Position numbers and translations under genes: made by a program. Positions 1 through 9,255 of a stretch of 46,367 nt of DNA are shown here, one piece after another (the first letter of the stretch is position 1; every line of letters begins with the position of its first letter). A model generated the notes under the pieces. That model was not told the DNA's origin. It was given only the letters and a program-made list of their open reading frames with translations, and made no database searches. This DNA is from an uncultured Smithella sp. (GTDB taxonomy: Bacteria; Desulfobacterota; Syntrophia; Syntrophales; Smithellaceae). The stretch lies in contig CAYVFA010000003.1 of the NCBI GenBank assembly GCA_964450075.1, forward strand, positions 1 through 46,367. Reading direction: 5' to 3'.

Positions 1-43
1 GACCCTTGTGGTTGTGAGAGTTCAATTCTCTCCCCAGGTACCA
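1..43 (+). tRNA. 3' portion of a tRNA (variable region, T-arm, acceptor 3' strand, encoded CCA). The window starts inside the gene, so its identity is unresolved.
   Basis: T-arm GAGAG(16-20)-TTCAATT(21-27)-CTCTC(28-32), then the 7 nt acceptor strand CCCAGGT (33-39), discriminator A40 and CCA 41-43. The implied 5' end would start with A or form a G-U pair, which is unusual. It could therefore also be a duplicated tRNA 3' end (att-type). Confidence 0.5.
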
Positions 44-113
44 ATAATAAAAACAAATACTTATGCCGTAATTAAAAAGGATTTAGACGCTTAAAACCTA
101 AGTTTTTTTTCTT

Positions 114-332
114 TTGCAAGGTAAGTTTGTTCCCACCCTGTCCCCACTTTTTATTTTTCTAACAGATAAAAACGGCGTTTTCCGACGGTTCGGGTGTCTC
201 GAAGACAGCAGATCATTTTGCCAGAACTTTTTCAACTGGTACAATAATGATCATTACCATCCCGGAATCGGATTTCTCACGCCGGAAGATGTCCATTACG
301 GACGGGCTGAACAAATGTTATTACAAATTTAA
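114..332 (+). pseudogene. C-terminal remnant of an rve-type DDE transposase/integrase
   Basis: The translated tail RFGCLEDSRSFCQNFFNWYNNDHYHPGIGFLTPEDVHYGRAEQ matches the conserved C-terminal block of rve-superfamily transposases (WYN..H.HSGIG..TP..VH.G.A). No catalytic DDE core lies upstream. The N-terminal 20 or so codons of the ORF look like non-homologous AT-rich read-through. Confidence 0.6.
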
Positions 333-593
333 GGATGCATATTTGTTCTCAACTTGAACCTTTCATGCTTTGCTGATCAACTGGTTAATTGTCTAACTAT
401 AGGCTCAGGTTGTGCCCAGCATAGCTTCCTGAAATCAAGCATGTCAATTTTCCGACATTCATGCTACATTTTAAAAGAATATCATCACGTGCGCTCATGA
501 CAGTTTCAGTGTCTGGATGGCGGTCGTGCCGCATAATTCAGGTTATCTTTTTTTGTGGTTCATAATTATTACTACGACGAGGCAGGGGATAAT

Positions 594-3500
594 ATGGCCG
601 ACCATTCAAAGACCATTCAAGGGCTTACCGCAGAAAACGATGTACTGAAAAAGCGAATTCATGAATTGAACGCTATGGAAGTGGACCGCAAGCGGGAGGA
701 GGAAAAACTGCTGCTTATTCAAAAAGCGGTGGAAGATTCCGGCGATGCCATTGGATTAGCCGACGGGCAAGGCAATCATTTTTATCAAAACAAAGCATTC
801 ACCCGCCTTTTGGGATACACGGTCGATGAACTCAAGGTTAAGGGGTTAGCACAAACAGTTTACGCAGATCAGGAGGTTGCGCAAGACGTCTTTAAAACGA
901 TTATGCAGGGAGGTTCGTGGAGCGGAGAAGTAGAGGATATTGCAAAAGATGGCAGAAGATTAACGGTTATGCTCCGCGCAGATGCTATCAAAGATGAATC
1001 CGGCAAAATTATTGGACTTTTAGCAATCAACACCGATATTACCGAACATAAAAAAACGGAAGCGGCACTGCAGGCCAGCGAAGCCCGATTCAAATCCATT
1101 GTTGCCACCAGCCAGGAGTGGATTTGGGCCATAGATACCCAGGGCGTCCATACTTACAGTAATTCCACCATCGAGAAGATACTGGGGTTTACTCCTGATG
1201 AAATCGTTCGGCATGGCGCGGCTCGCTCTCTTGTCGCCGAAGAAGACATTCCCAAAATGACCGAAATGCTGGTTCGGGCTATTGAACAAAAAAAAGGCTG
1301 GTCGAACTTAGTTTTGCGCTGGAAGCATAAGGACGGAACATACCGTTATCTGGAAAGTAATGCTGTGCCCATTTTTGACAACGCAGGCGTTTTGAAGGGT
1401 TTTCAAGGTTCCGATCGCGACATTACACAACGGATTTACGCAGAACAATCTTTACGGGAAAGCGCAAATCAATACAGGCTTCTGACCGAAAAAATGTCCG
1501 ATATCATATGGACAACGGACATCCATTTACGGACCACCTACGTTAGTCCGTCTGTCAGAAATGTATTGGGATTTACTCAGGAAGAACGACTGAGCCAGGC
1601 GCTCGAAGAACAGCTGACGCCTGATTCGTTATCTTCCGCATGGGCAACTCTGAACAATGAACTTGCCGTTGAAAAAACAGGCAATGCCGATCCCCAAAGA
1701 AATATTACTGTCACGCTGGAATATTATCATAAGGACGGCTCGACCCGCTGGCTGGAAACGAACATTAGCTGGCTGCGCAATGATCAAGGCGTTGCAACCG
1801 GATTGCATGGGGTTGCACGAGATATTACCAATCGCAAACTGGTGGAGAATGCTCTTGAGGAGAGCGAACACGAGCTGAAAGCCCTTTTCAAAAGCATGCT
1901 CAACGCATTCGTGCTTTTCGAGTCGGTTTTTGACCGGGATGGAAATTTTGTCAGCTACCGGTTTGTCTATATCAATGATGCCTATGAACGCATCACAGGC
2001 GTCAAGAACGAAGAAGTCAAAGGAAAGACCGTGCATGAGGTCTGGCCCAACACGGAGGCAAACTGGGTCAAGGCATACGGCGACGTTGCAACCACAGGAG
2101 TGCCGAATAGCTTCGACATGTATCACGAACCGACCGGCAAACTTTATCACTGCAATGTCTATCGGCCCCGGGACACAAAGGATCGGTTTTGTGTTGTGTT
2201 TGAAGACATCACCGAACGCAAACAAGCCGAGGAGGAGCTGCGTTCCAGTGAGGAGCACCTGCGGAGCATCTTTGAAAACGCCGAGGAGATCATCCATTTA
2301 ATTGCCTGGGATGGAACCTTTCTCCATCTCTCACCGTCTTGGGAACGCTACACCGGTTTTCCCGTCTCCGAAACCGTGGGCAAGAGCTTTGTCCCCTATG
2401 TACACCCGGACGATCAGGCCGCCTGTCGTGAACTAGTGAAAAAGGTCTATGAAACCGGTCAACCGCATAAAATTTCAGAATTTCGCGTCAAGCACGCCTC
2501 GGGGAAATGGATATGGTTCATGAACAGCGGCACGTCCATCAAGGATGCCGGGGGAAACCCTCTTTACTTTTCGGGCGTAGCAACGGATATCACCGAGCGC
2601 AAACAGGTGGAGGAGGAAATTCAAAAGGCGAATACTTTACTGAACTCCATTGTCGAGAATATTCCAAACATGATCTTCCTCAAAGATGCCCGGGAACTCC
2701 GGTTCACTCAGATCAACCGGGCGGGAGAAGAACTGCTGGGTCATTCCAGAGGCGACTTGATGGGAAAGAACGATTACGACTTCTTTCCGAAGGAACAGGC
2801 GGACTTCTTTATACAGAAGGATCGGGAAGTTTTGTGCGGGAAGGAAATTGTGGACATCCTGGAAGAACCCATTCAGACCCGTGACAAGGGAGAGCGGATC
2901 CTGCACACTAAGAAAGTACCGATTCTGAACGCGAACGGAGAGCCCGAATACCTGATGGGCATCTCTGAAGACATCACTGACCGGAAGCAGTCGGAGGCGG
3001 AGAAGCGAAGACTGGAGGCGCGTTTGCGCCGGGCGGAGAAAATGGAGGCCCTGGGTCAACTGGCAGGCGGTGTGGCCCATGACCTGAACAACGTCCTGGG
3101 CGTCCTTTCCGGATATTCCGAGCTACTGCTTGCCGAAATCCCCGAAGGACAGAAAGCCAGAAAACACGTCGAAAAGATATTGCAGTCCACCGTGAAAGGC
3201 GCTGCCATCATTCAGGACCTGCTCACCCTGGCCCGGCGGGGCGTCATATCGGAGGAAGTAATTCAAGTCAATGATATCATCTCCGGTTTTATCAAAACCC
3301 CTGTTTTCGAGAACATTCGGGACTATCATCCGCGCGTTACCTTCCGGGCGGAATGCGACCCAAATCTCCTCAACATCAAAGGCTCTTCCGTCCATCTGGA
3401 GAAGACCCTGATGAATCTATTGACCAATGCGGCGGAAACCATCAGCGGCGAGGGAGAAGTGACCATTCGGACTGAGAACCGCTACCTGGACAAAGCCATT

Positions 3501-4178
3501 GTGGGCTATGACGAAGTTAAGGAGGGGGACTATGCCGTTTTGATCGTATCCGACACGGGAACAGGCATTGCCGACGAGCACCGGGAGAAGATTTTCGAGC
3601 CGTTTTACACGAAGAAGACCATGGGCAGAAGCGGGACGGGTCTGGGGCTGTCGATTGTCTGGGGGACGGTCAAGGACCATAACGGGTACATTGACGTAAA
3701 GACAAAGATCGGCGCGGGGACTTCCTTTACGCTTTATTTTCCAGCCACCCGTGAAGCGACGGGTCTGCCGATGCCCAGGACGCCAGTGGAGCAGTACATG
3801 GGCCAGGGGGAGTCGGTTCTGGTCGTGGATGACATTGCCGAGCAGAGGGAAGTGGCTTCCGGTCTGCTTCAGAAGTTGGGGTATAAGGTTCACAGTGTTT
3901 CCAGCGGGGAGGCGGCCCTGGAGTATCTCAAAGACAACCGGGCAGACATTCTGATTTTGGACATGATCATGGCGCCGGGGATGGACGGAATGGAAACATA
4001 CCGGAAAGTCCTTGAGATTCATCCAAAGCAGAAGGCGATTCTGGTGAGCGGTTTCTCGGAAACGGATCGTGTCCGCAAGGCTCAAATGCTCGGAGCGGGG
4101 GGTTATGTCAAGAAGCCCTATGTGATGGCAACGATCGGCCTGGCTATCCGGAAGGAACTGGAACGAAGCCGGGTGTAG
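594..4178 (+). CDS. Hybrid sensor histidine kinase with about six PAS/PAC domains, HisKA, HATPase_c and a C-terminal receiver
   Basis: Repeated PAS/PAC endings (DITEHK, DITQR, DITNRK, DITERK x2, DITDRK). H-box GGVAHDLNNVL; N/G boxes NLLTNAAE, DTGTGI, GTGLGLS. Receiver motifs VLVVDD ... ILDMIMPGMDG ... KKP. Soluble, with no obvious TM segment. The track ORF starts at GTG 555; the in-frame ATG at 594 is preferred. Confidence 0.9.
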   Translation: MADHSKTIQGLTAENDVLKKRIHELNAMEVDRKREEEKLLLIQKAVEDSGDAIGLADGQGNHFYQNKAFTRLLGYTVDELKVKGLAQTVYADQEVAQDVFKTIMQGGSWSGEVEDIAKDGRRLTVMLRADAIKDESGKIIGLLAINTDITEHKKTEAALQASEARFKSIVATSQEWIWAIDTQGVHTYSNSTIEKILGFTPDEIVRHGAARSLVAEEDIPKMTEMLVRAIEQKKGWSNLVLRWKHKDGTYRYLESNAVPIFDNAGVLKGFQGSDRDITQRIYAEQSLRESANQYRLLTEKMSDIIWTTDIHLRTTYVSPSVRNVLGFTQEERLSQALEEQLTPDSLSSAWATLNNELAVEKTGNADPQRNITVTLEYYHKDGSTRWLETNISWLRNDQGVATGLHGVARDITNRKLVENALEESEHELKALFKSMLNAFVLFESVFDRDGNFVSYRFVYINDAYERITGVKNEEVKGKTVHEVWPNTEANWVKAYGDVATTGVPNSFDMYHEPTGKLYHCNVYRPRDTKDRFCVVFEDITERKQAEEELRSSEEHLRSIFENAEEIIHLIAWDGTFLHLSPSWERYTGFPVSETVGKSFVPYVHPDDQAACRELVKKVYETGQPHKISEFRVKHASGKWIWFMNSGTSIKDAGGNPLYFSGVATDITERKQVEEEIQKANTLLNSIVENIPNMIFLKDARELRFTQINRAGEELLGHSRGDLMGKNDYDFFPKEQADFFIQKDREVLCGKEIVDILEEPIQTRDKGERILHTKKVPILNANGEPEYLMGISEDITDRKQSEAEKRRLEARLRRAEKMEALGQLAGGVAHDLNNVLGVLSGYSELLLAEIPEGQKARKHVEKILQSTVKGAAIIQDLLTLARRGVISEEVIQVNDIISGFIKTPVFENIRDYHPRVTFRAECDPNLLNIKGSSVHLEKTLMNLLTNAAETISGEGEVTIRTENRYLDKAIVGYDEVKEGDYAVLIVSDTGTGIADEHREKIFEPFYTKKTMGRSGTGLGLSIVWGTVKDHNGYIDVKTKIGAGTSFTLYFPATREATGLPMPRTPVEQYMGQGESVLVVDDIAEQREVASGLLQKLGYKVHSVSSGEAALEYLKDNRADILILDMIMAPGMDGMETYRKVLEIHPKQKAILVSGFSETDRVRKAQMLGAGGYVKKPYVMATIGLAIRKELERSRV

Positions 4179-4242
4179 GGTAGGTCGGCGGAAGTAGAAA
4201 ATCGTATAGTCAGGAATGCCAAACTCATGTATGCTATGATCC

Positions 4243-5715
4243 ATGAAAAGAGGAAGCGGCATATTGTTGGGCATATCTTCGCTGCCCGGTCGGTTTGGCA
4301 TCGGAACACTCGGGCAGGGTGCGCGTGAATTTGTAGATAGACTGCAAATGAGCGAGCAGACTTACTGGCAGGTTCTGCCCATTTCACCAACGGGATTCGG
4401 GGATTCACCGTATCAGACTTTCAGCACTTTTGCGGGCAACCCGTATTTTATCGATTTTGACGATTTGTATCATGAAGGCCTCCTCCCCCGGGATGCGCTC
4501 GACGTGTGTGACAATCTCTTCACGAGCGATCCGTGTTCGGTGGATTATTACGCGCAATATGTCGGCAAGACGCAAGGTTTGCGACTTGCATACCATCACA
4601 GTGCCGAAAGTCTTGCGGACCAGATCGATGAATTTAAAAAACGGAACGACGGCTGGATACACGACTATGCGCTGTATATGGCCTTGAAAAGCACGTATGA
4701 CATGAAGCCTTTTTATGAATGGCCGGAAGAACTCATGCAACAACGGTGCGACGCGCTTAAAGCCGCCGCGTCGCGTCTGGAAAAGGAGATCCATTATCAC
4801 ATATTTGTTCAATACCTTTTTTCCCGACAGTGGGACGCGTTACGGAAGTATGCAAACGGAAAAGGGATCAGTATAATCGGCGATATGCCCATCTACATGG
4901 CGCCGGACAGTGCGGATACCTGGATGAACCGCGACATCCTTGATAAACAAGGACGCGTTGCGGGTTGTCCGCCGGACTACTTTTCGGAAACGGGACAGCT
5001 TTGGGGAAATCCAATCTATGACTGGGATGCACTGAAAAAATCTGGTTATGCCTGGTGGATCAAGCGGATCGCCCACCACATAGCCCTGTTTGATTACCTG
5101 CGTATTGATCACTTCCGCGCTTTCGAAGCATTCTATGCAATACCAGCTGACGCAAAGAACGCCACAACAGGACAATGGCTTCCCGGTCCGGGCGCCGACT
5201 TTTTTTGCCGGCTCAAAAATGCGCTGGGCGAACTGCCGCTGATTGCCGAGGATTTGGGGTACCTGACGCCGGAGGTCTTTGAGCTGCTCCGGGCGACGGG
5301 TTTTCCGGGCTTAAAGGTGCTTCATTTCGCTTTTACTCCGGATGGCAGTAGCATCTATCTGCCGCACCGGTATGAGAAAAACTGCGTGGTTTATACTGGA
5401 ACGCATGACAATGATACGACGATGAGCTGGTACAAAGAACTTTCCCCGGTTGAACGTGCTTTTCTGGACGCCTACCTCGATGGTGTGGATGAGAAGCGTG
5501 TGCACTGGCAGTTGATCCGACTCGCTATGGGTTCGGTCGCGGATGTGTGCATTATCCCGATGCAGGATATTCTCGGACTGCCATCGTCGGCGCGCATGAA
5601 CCGGCCACAGACGTCGCAGGGAAACTGGCAATGGCGGCTGCTACCCGGCCAGTTTGACGAAAAAACAGTCCGGACGCTGGCAGATGTAACAAGGTTATTT
5701 GGCCGGTCGGGTTAA
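4243..5715 (+). CDS. malQ: 4-alpha-glucanotransferase (amylomaltase, GH77)
   Basis: N-terminus RGSGILLGISSLPG.FGIG.LG plus YWQVLPISPTG.GDSPY, GDMPIYMA.DSAD, WGNPIYDW, LRIDHFR and THDNDT are classic MalQ blocks. Confidence 0.92.
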   Translation: MKRGSGILLGISSLPGRFGIGTLGQGAREFVDRLQMSEQTYWQVLPISPTGFGDSPYQTFSTFAGNPYFIDFDDLYHEGLLPRDALDVCDNLFTSDPCSVDYYAQYVGKTQGLRLAYHHSAESLADQIDEFKKRNDGWIHDYALYMALKSTYDMKPFYEWPEELMQQRCDALKAAASRLEKEIHYHIFVQYLFSRQWDALRKYANGKGISIIGDMPIYMAPDSADTWMNRDILDKQGRVAGCPPDYFSETGQLWGNPIYDWDALKKSGYAWWIKRIAHHIALFDYLRIDHFRAFEAFYAIPADAKNATTGQWLPGPGADFFCRLKNALGELPLIAEDLGYLTPEVFELLRATGFPGLKVLHFAFTPDGSSIYLPHRYEKNCVVYTGTHDNDTTMSWYKELSPVERAFLDAYLDGVDEKRVHWQLIRLAMGSVADVCIIPMQDILGLPSSARMNRPQTSQGNWQWRLLPGQFDEKTVRTLADVTRLFGRSG

Positions 5716-5766
5716 AACAAACGGCAAAAAGCCGCGACAGAATCAACTGATGACTGTCAATAATGC

Positions 5767-7674
5767 GTGTGTGAAATGAAAGACTATCAACCTTACATCA
5801 ATACGGACGAGATTTATCTGTTCAACATCGGAGAAGCGCAGCAGGCATATGCCACCTTCGGTTGTCACCGCGTGGATGAACTGGATATGCACCGTTTTCT
5901 GCTGTGGGCGCCCAATGCCCGGGATGTCAGTGTTGTAGGGGATTTCAATGGTTGGGATGTTTCAAAAAACCGGATGGAACGGCAAAATTCCGGCGTGTTT
6001 GCCGCTTTTGTGCCGGGTCTTAGAGACGGAGACTGTTACAAATATCAGATCAACGGATACGATTCCCAAACCGTTCTCAAAGCGGACCCGTTTGCTTTTC
6101 ATGCCGAAGTTCGCCCGGCGACTGCCTCAAAGGTCTGGAGCCTCGGCGGTTACGTTTGGCGAGATTCGGAATTTCTCCGGCAACGGTCAAAACAAAATGC
6201 CCTGTGCCAGCCCATGGCCATATACGAAATGCACATCGGTTCATGGCGCACACGCGAAGGGTATGTCTTTGCCAATCTGCGGGATGTGGCTGACGAACTT
6301 TCTGAATATCTTGTAGAAATGGGCTTTACGCATGTGGAGATCATGCCCGTTACCGAATACCCGTTGGACGATTCATGGGGGTATCAGGTGACCGGCTATT
6401 ACGCGGTGACCAGCCGTTTCGGCACACCGCAGGATTTTATGTATTTTGTGGATACGATGCACGCAAAGGGCATTGGGGTCATTATGGACTGGGTTCCCGC
6501 CCATTTTCCTAAAGATGCGCATGGCCTTGCCCGGTTTGACGGTACGTGCCTCTATGAACATCAAAACCCGATGCAGGCCAATCACCCGCAATGGGGGACT
6601 CTGATCTTCAACTATGGTCGTCCCGAAGTGGTCAGTTTTCTGGTTTCCAGCGCGATGTTTTTCTTTGACGTTTATCACATCGACGGTATCCGTGTTGATG
6701 CGGTCACGTCGATGCTCTATCTGGATTATGCCCGCAACAAGGGTGAGTACGTACCCAACGAACACGGGGGCAATATTGACCATTCCGCGGCGGCTTTTTT
6801 GCAAAAGCTGAATTCCGTGATCTTGACCCGGTATCCCGGCACACTCACCATTGCAGAAGAATCGACAGCCTATCCACTCATGACCAGGCCGCCCTATGAC
6901 GGGGGACTCGGATTTGTGTTCAAGTGGAATATGGGCTTTATGCATGATACGCTCAACTATATGACGATGGATCCCTTTTTCCGTCATGATCATCATGATA
7001 AACTGACATTTTCGATGTGCTACGCTTTTACTGAAAATTTCATTCTGCCTTATTCCCACGACGAGGTTGTCCACGGCAAGAAATCTCTGCTCAACAAGAT
7101 GTATGGCAGTTATGATGAGAAGTTTTCGTCCATGCGTGCCTTGCTGGGTTTCATGTATGCGCATCCGGGAAAAAAGCTGCTGTTTATGGGCAGTGAGTTC
7201 GGGCAGTTCATCGAATGGGATCATCAAAAGCCACTCGACTGGTTTCTGCTTGCGTATGAAAGGCACAGCCAGATGCAGCAATATGTGAAGGCGCTCAACG
7301 CTTTTTACAGGGCGTGTCCTGCTTTTTATCAGATCGAAGACGGCTGGGACGGATTTACCTGGCTGAATGTGGAGAACGCTCAGCAAAGCGCAATCAGCTT
7401 TATGCGCCGCAGCAGGGAAGGCGACGTTTGTATCTGCGCTTTCAACTTCACGCCGGTGCCGGTGCAAGGTTTTGTCTTCGGGATGCCGCGCAAGGGAAGG
7501 CTGCAAGAAACGTTCAGCAGCGATCAGGTATTGTTTGGCGGAAGCGGTCATCATCAGGCGACCGTCACGGTATCTTGTGAAGGATTTGCCGGACAGCCTT
7601 ACAGCGCTGCGATTGATCTGCCGCCGTTTGCGGCCCTGTATTTTAATTACGATGAAAAGGGATCGGTTAAATGA
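5767..7674 (+). CDS. glgB: 1,4-alpha-glucan branching enzyme (GH13 with CBM48)
   Basis: Motifs YEMHIGSW, GFTHVEIMPV.EYP.D.SWGYQ, DWVPAHFPKD, DGIRVDAV.SMLY, AEESTA and SHDEVVHGK. The track start is GTG 5767; the alternative ATG at 5776 (MKDYQ) is equally plausible. Confidence 0.93.
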   Translation: MCEMKDYQPYINTDEIYLFNIGEAQQAYATFGCHRVDELDMHRFLLWAPNARDVSVVGDFNGWDVSKNRMERQNSGVFAAFVPGLRDGDCYKYQINGYDSQTVLKADPFAFHAEVRPATASKVWSLGGYVWRDSEFLRQRSKQNALCQPMAIYEMHIGSWRTREGYVFANLRDVADELSEYLVEMGFTHVEIMPVTEYPLDDSWGYQVTGYYAVTSRFGTPQDFMYFVDTMHAKGIGVIMDWVPAHFPKDAHGLARFDGTCLYEHQNPMQANHPQWGTLIFNYGRPEVVSFLVSSAMFFFDVYHIDGIRVDAVTSMLYLDYARNKGEYVPNEHGGNIDHSAAAFLQKLNSVILTRYPGTLTIAEESTAYPLMTRPPYDGGLGFVFKWNMGFMHDTLNYMTMDPFFRHDHHDKLTFSMCYAFTENFILPYSHDEVVHGKKSLLNKMYGSYDEKFSSMRALLGFMYAHPGKKLLFMGSEFGQFIEWDHQKPLDWFLLAYERHSQMQQYVKALNAFYRACPAFYQIEDGWDGFTWLNVENAQQSAISFMRRSREGDVCICAFNFTPVPVQGFVFGMPRKGRLQETFSSDQVLFGGSGHHQATVTVSCEGFAGQPYSAAIDLPPFAALYFNYDEKGSVK

Positions 7675-7675
7675 C

Positions 7676-9151
7676 ATGAACCAAGAATTGCAAAGCATCA
7701 TGGCTGCAAAAAACAAAGAAGTCTTGCCCGCGATTCTGATGACCGGCGCGGAATGCGCTCCTTTTGCCAAAACGGGAGGGCTGGCCGATGTGATCGGAAC
7801 GCTGGCAAGAGAACTCAAAGCACTGGGATTCGACATCCGTCTGATGCTGCCGTTTCACCGGGTCATCAAGGAACAATACCGGGAGCGTGTGCGGCATATG
7901 GTCAGCTTCAGCGTGGATATCGGATGGCATTCTGAATACGTAGGCGTTGAACGCTATGACTGGGACGGCATCCCGGTTTACTTTATCGACAATGAACATT
8001 ACTTCGGTCACACCATTTATTGCGGTGGAAAATTCGAGGGAGAACAATATGCCTATTTTACCCGGGCGGTGATCGAAGCAATGCCGGTCATCGATTTTAA
8101 TCCCGCTATCATCCATGTCAACGATTGGCACACGGCGATGATTCCCATGTTGTTAAAGACCCAATATGATTTGCATCCGCAGGGGCGGTGCAAGTCCGTT
8201 CTTTCGATTCATAATTTGGGCTATCAGGGGCGTTTTGACTTTGGTTATGCAGCGCATTTGCTCGGCATTGATGAGCAATATAATCATCCGGACTATATCG
8301 AATTTCACGGCGGGGCAAATTTTTTGAAGGGCGGCATCGTATTTGCCGACAAACTGGTTACCGTCAGTCCGACATACGCTCATGAAATACGGACGCCCCA
8401 TTATGGCGAGGGGCTGTATGGGGTGCTGGAAACACGCACGGACGACCTGATCGGCATTCTCAACGGTATTGATACCGAAGCTTTTAATCCGGCTGCCGAT
8501 CCGCTGATCCCCTATCCGTTTGACGTCGCATCGCTTTCAGAAAAGCAGAAAGACAAGCAGGCCCTGATTGATGAACTGGGACTCCAGATCGATCCAACCA
8601 TGCCGCTTATCGGAATGGTGACCCGATTGACAAAGCAAAAAGGGATTGATCTCGTGCTGGGCGTGTTCAACGAGATCATGGACGCGGGTCCGGGGTTTGT
8701 GTTGATCGGGACAGGCGACAGGGAATATGAACATTTCTTCCGGGGTGTGCCCCATCGGACGGGCAGTCGGGCGATCGGCCTGACGGAGTTTAACGATCCG
8801 CTGGCCCACAGGATATATGCGGGATGCGATTTCTTACTGATGCCCTCCATGTTTGAACCTTGCGGCCTGTCGCAGATGATCGCTCTGCGCTACGGCACGC
8901 TGCCGATTGTTCGCGCGACGGGCGGATTGAAGGATACGGTTGTTCCCTATAACGAATACACGGACGAGGGCAACGGTTTTTCTTTTGAAAACTACAACGC
9001 GCACGATATGCTCCATACCGTGCGGTATGCCCTGAAGATTTATCAGAACCGGGATCGCATGAACGCGCTTCGCAAGCGTGCCATGAGCCAGGATTGGAGT
9101 TTTCGAAAAAGCGCGCTGGCCTACGCGAAACTGTATCTATTGACGGCCTGA
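7676..9151 (+). CDS. glgA: Glycogen synthase (ADP-glucose type, GT5)
   Basis: AECAPFAKTGGLADV near the N-terminus, DWHTAM, SIHNL.YQG, VSPTYA.EI, LIGMV.RL..QKG and PS.FEPCGL.QM. The start was chosen at ATG 7676, 1 nt after the glgB stop. The 103-codon upstream extension in the track overlaps glgB and has no homology-like content. Confidence 0.92.
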   Translation: MNQELQSIMAAKNKEVLPAILMTGAECAPFAKTGGLADVIGTLARELKALGFDIRLMLPFHRVIKEQYRERVRHMVSFSVDIGWHSEYVGVERYDWDGIPVYFIDNEHYFGHTIYCGGKFEGEQYAYFTRAVIEAMPVIDFNPAIIHVNDWHTAMIPMLLKTQYDLHPQGRCKSVLSIHNLGYQGRFDFGYAAHLLGIDEQYNHPDYIEFHGGANFLKGGIVFADKLVTVSPTYAHEIRTPHYGEGLYGVLETRTDDLIGILNGIDTEAFNPAADPLIPYPFDVASLSEKQKDKQALIDELGLQIDPTMPLIGMVTRLTKQKGIDLVLGVFNEIMDAGPGFVLIGTGDREYEHFFRGVPHRTGSRAIGLTEFNDPLAHRIYAGCDFLLMPSMFEPCGLSQMIALRYGTLPIVRATGGLKDTVVPYNEYTDEGNGFSFENYNAHDMLHTVRYALKIYQNRDRMNALRKRAMSQDWSFRKSALAYAKLYLLTA

Positions 9152-9255
9152 AAATGGCCGGCATGTTTTTCGTTGACAGGCGTTTCATCGTCACATAAAG
9201 AGTCATCCATCGCAGGGGGGAGGATCTCCCCAATTTTGCAAACAAAGGCATAAGC

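Noticed and set aside
518-533. TGGCGG-TCGTG-CCGCA upstream of the hybrid kinase has the GG/GC spacing of a sigma54 -24/-12 promoter.
   Set aside because: The -12 element lacks the conserved TTGC thymines and the -24 element deviates from TGGCAC. No enhancer-binding-protein gene or upstream activator sites are visible. The evidence is too weak to call.
7367-7675. A 103-codon N-terminal extension of the glgA ORF in the track, overlapping the 3' end of glgB.
   Set aside because: The extension translates to Arg/Cys/Ser-rich nonsense. The conserved GlgA N-terminus begins right after ATG 7676, 1 nt past the glgB stop.
6373-7836. A very long antisense ORF (487 aa) opposite glgB/glgA. Similar long shadows occur at 3417-4301, 1629-2297, 16243-16872, 18641-19591, 22988-23926, 28262-28957, 30384-30971 and 36568-37272.
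   Set aside because: Each lies entirely inside a gene whose product has strong family motifs on the other strand. Their translations are Arg/His/Pro-rich low-information sequence with no recognisable motifs, which is typical of frame shadows.
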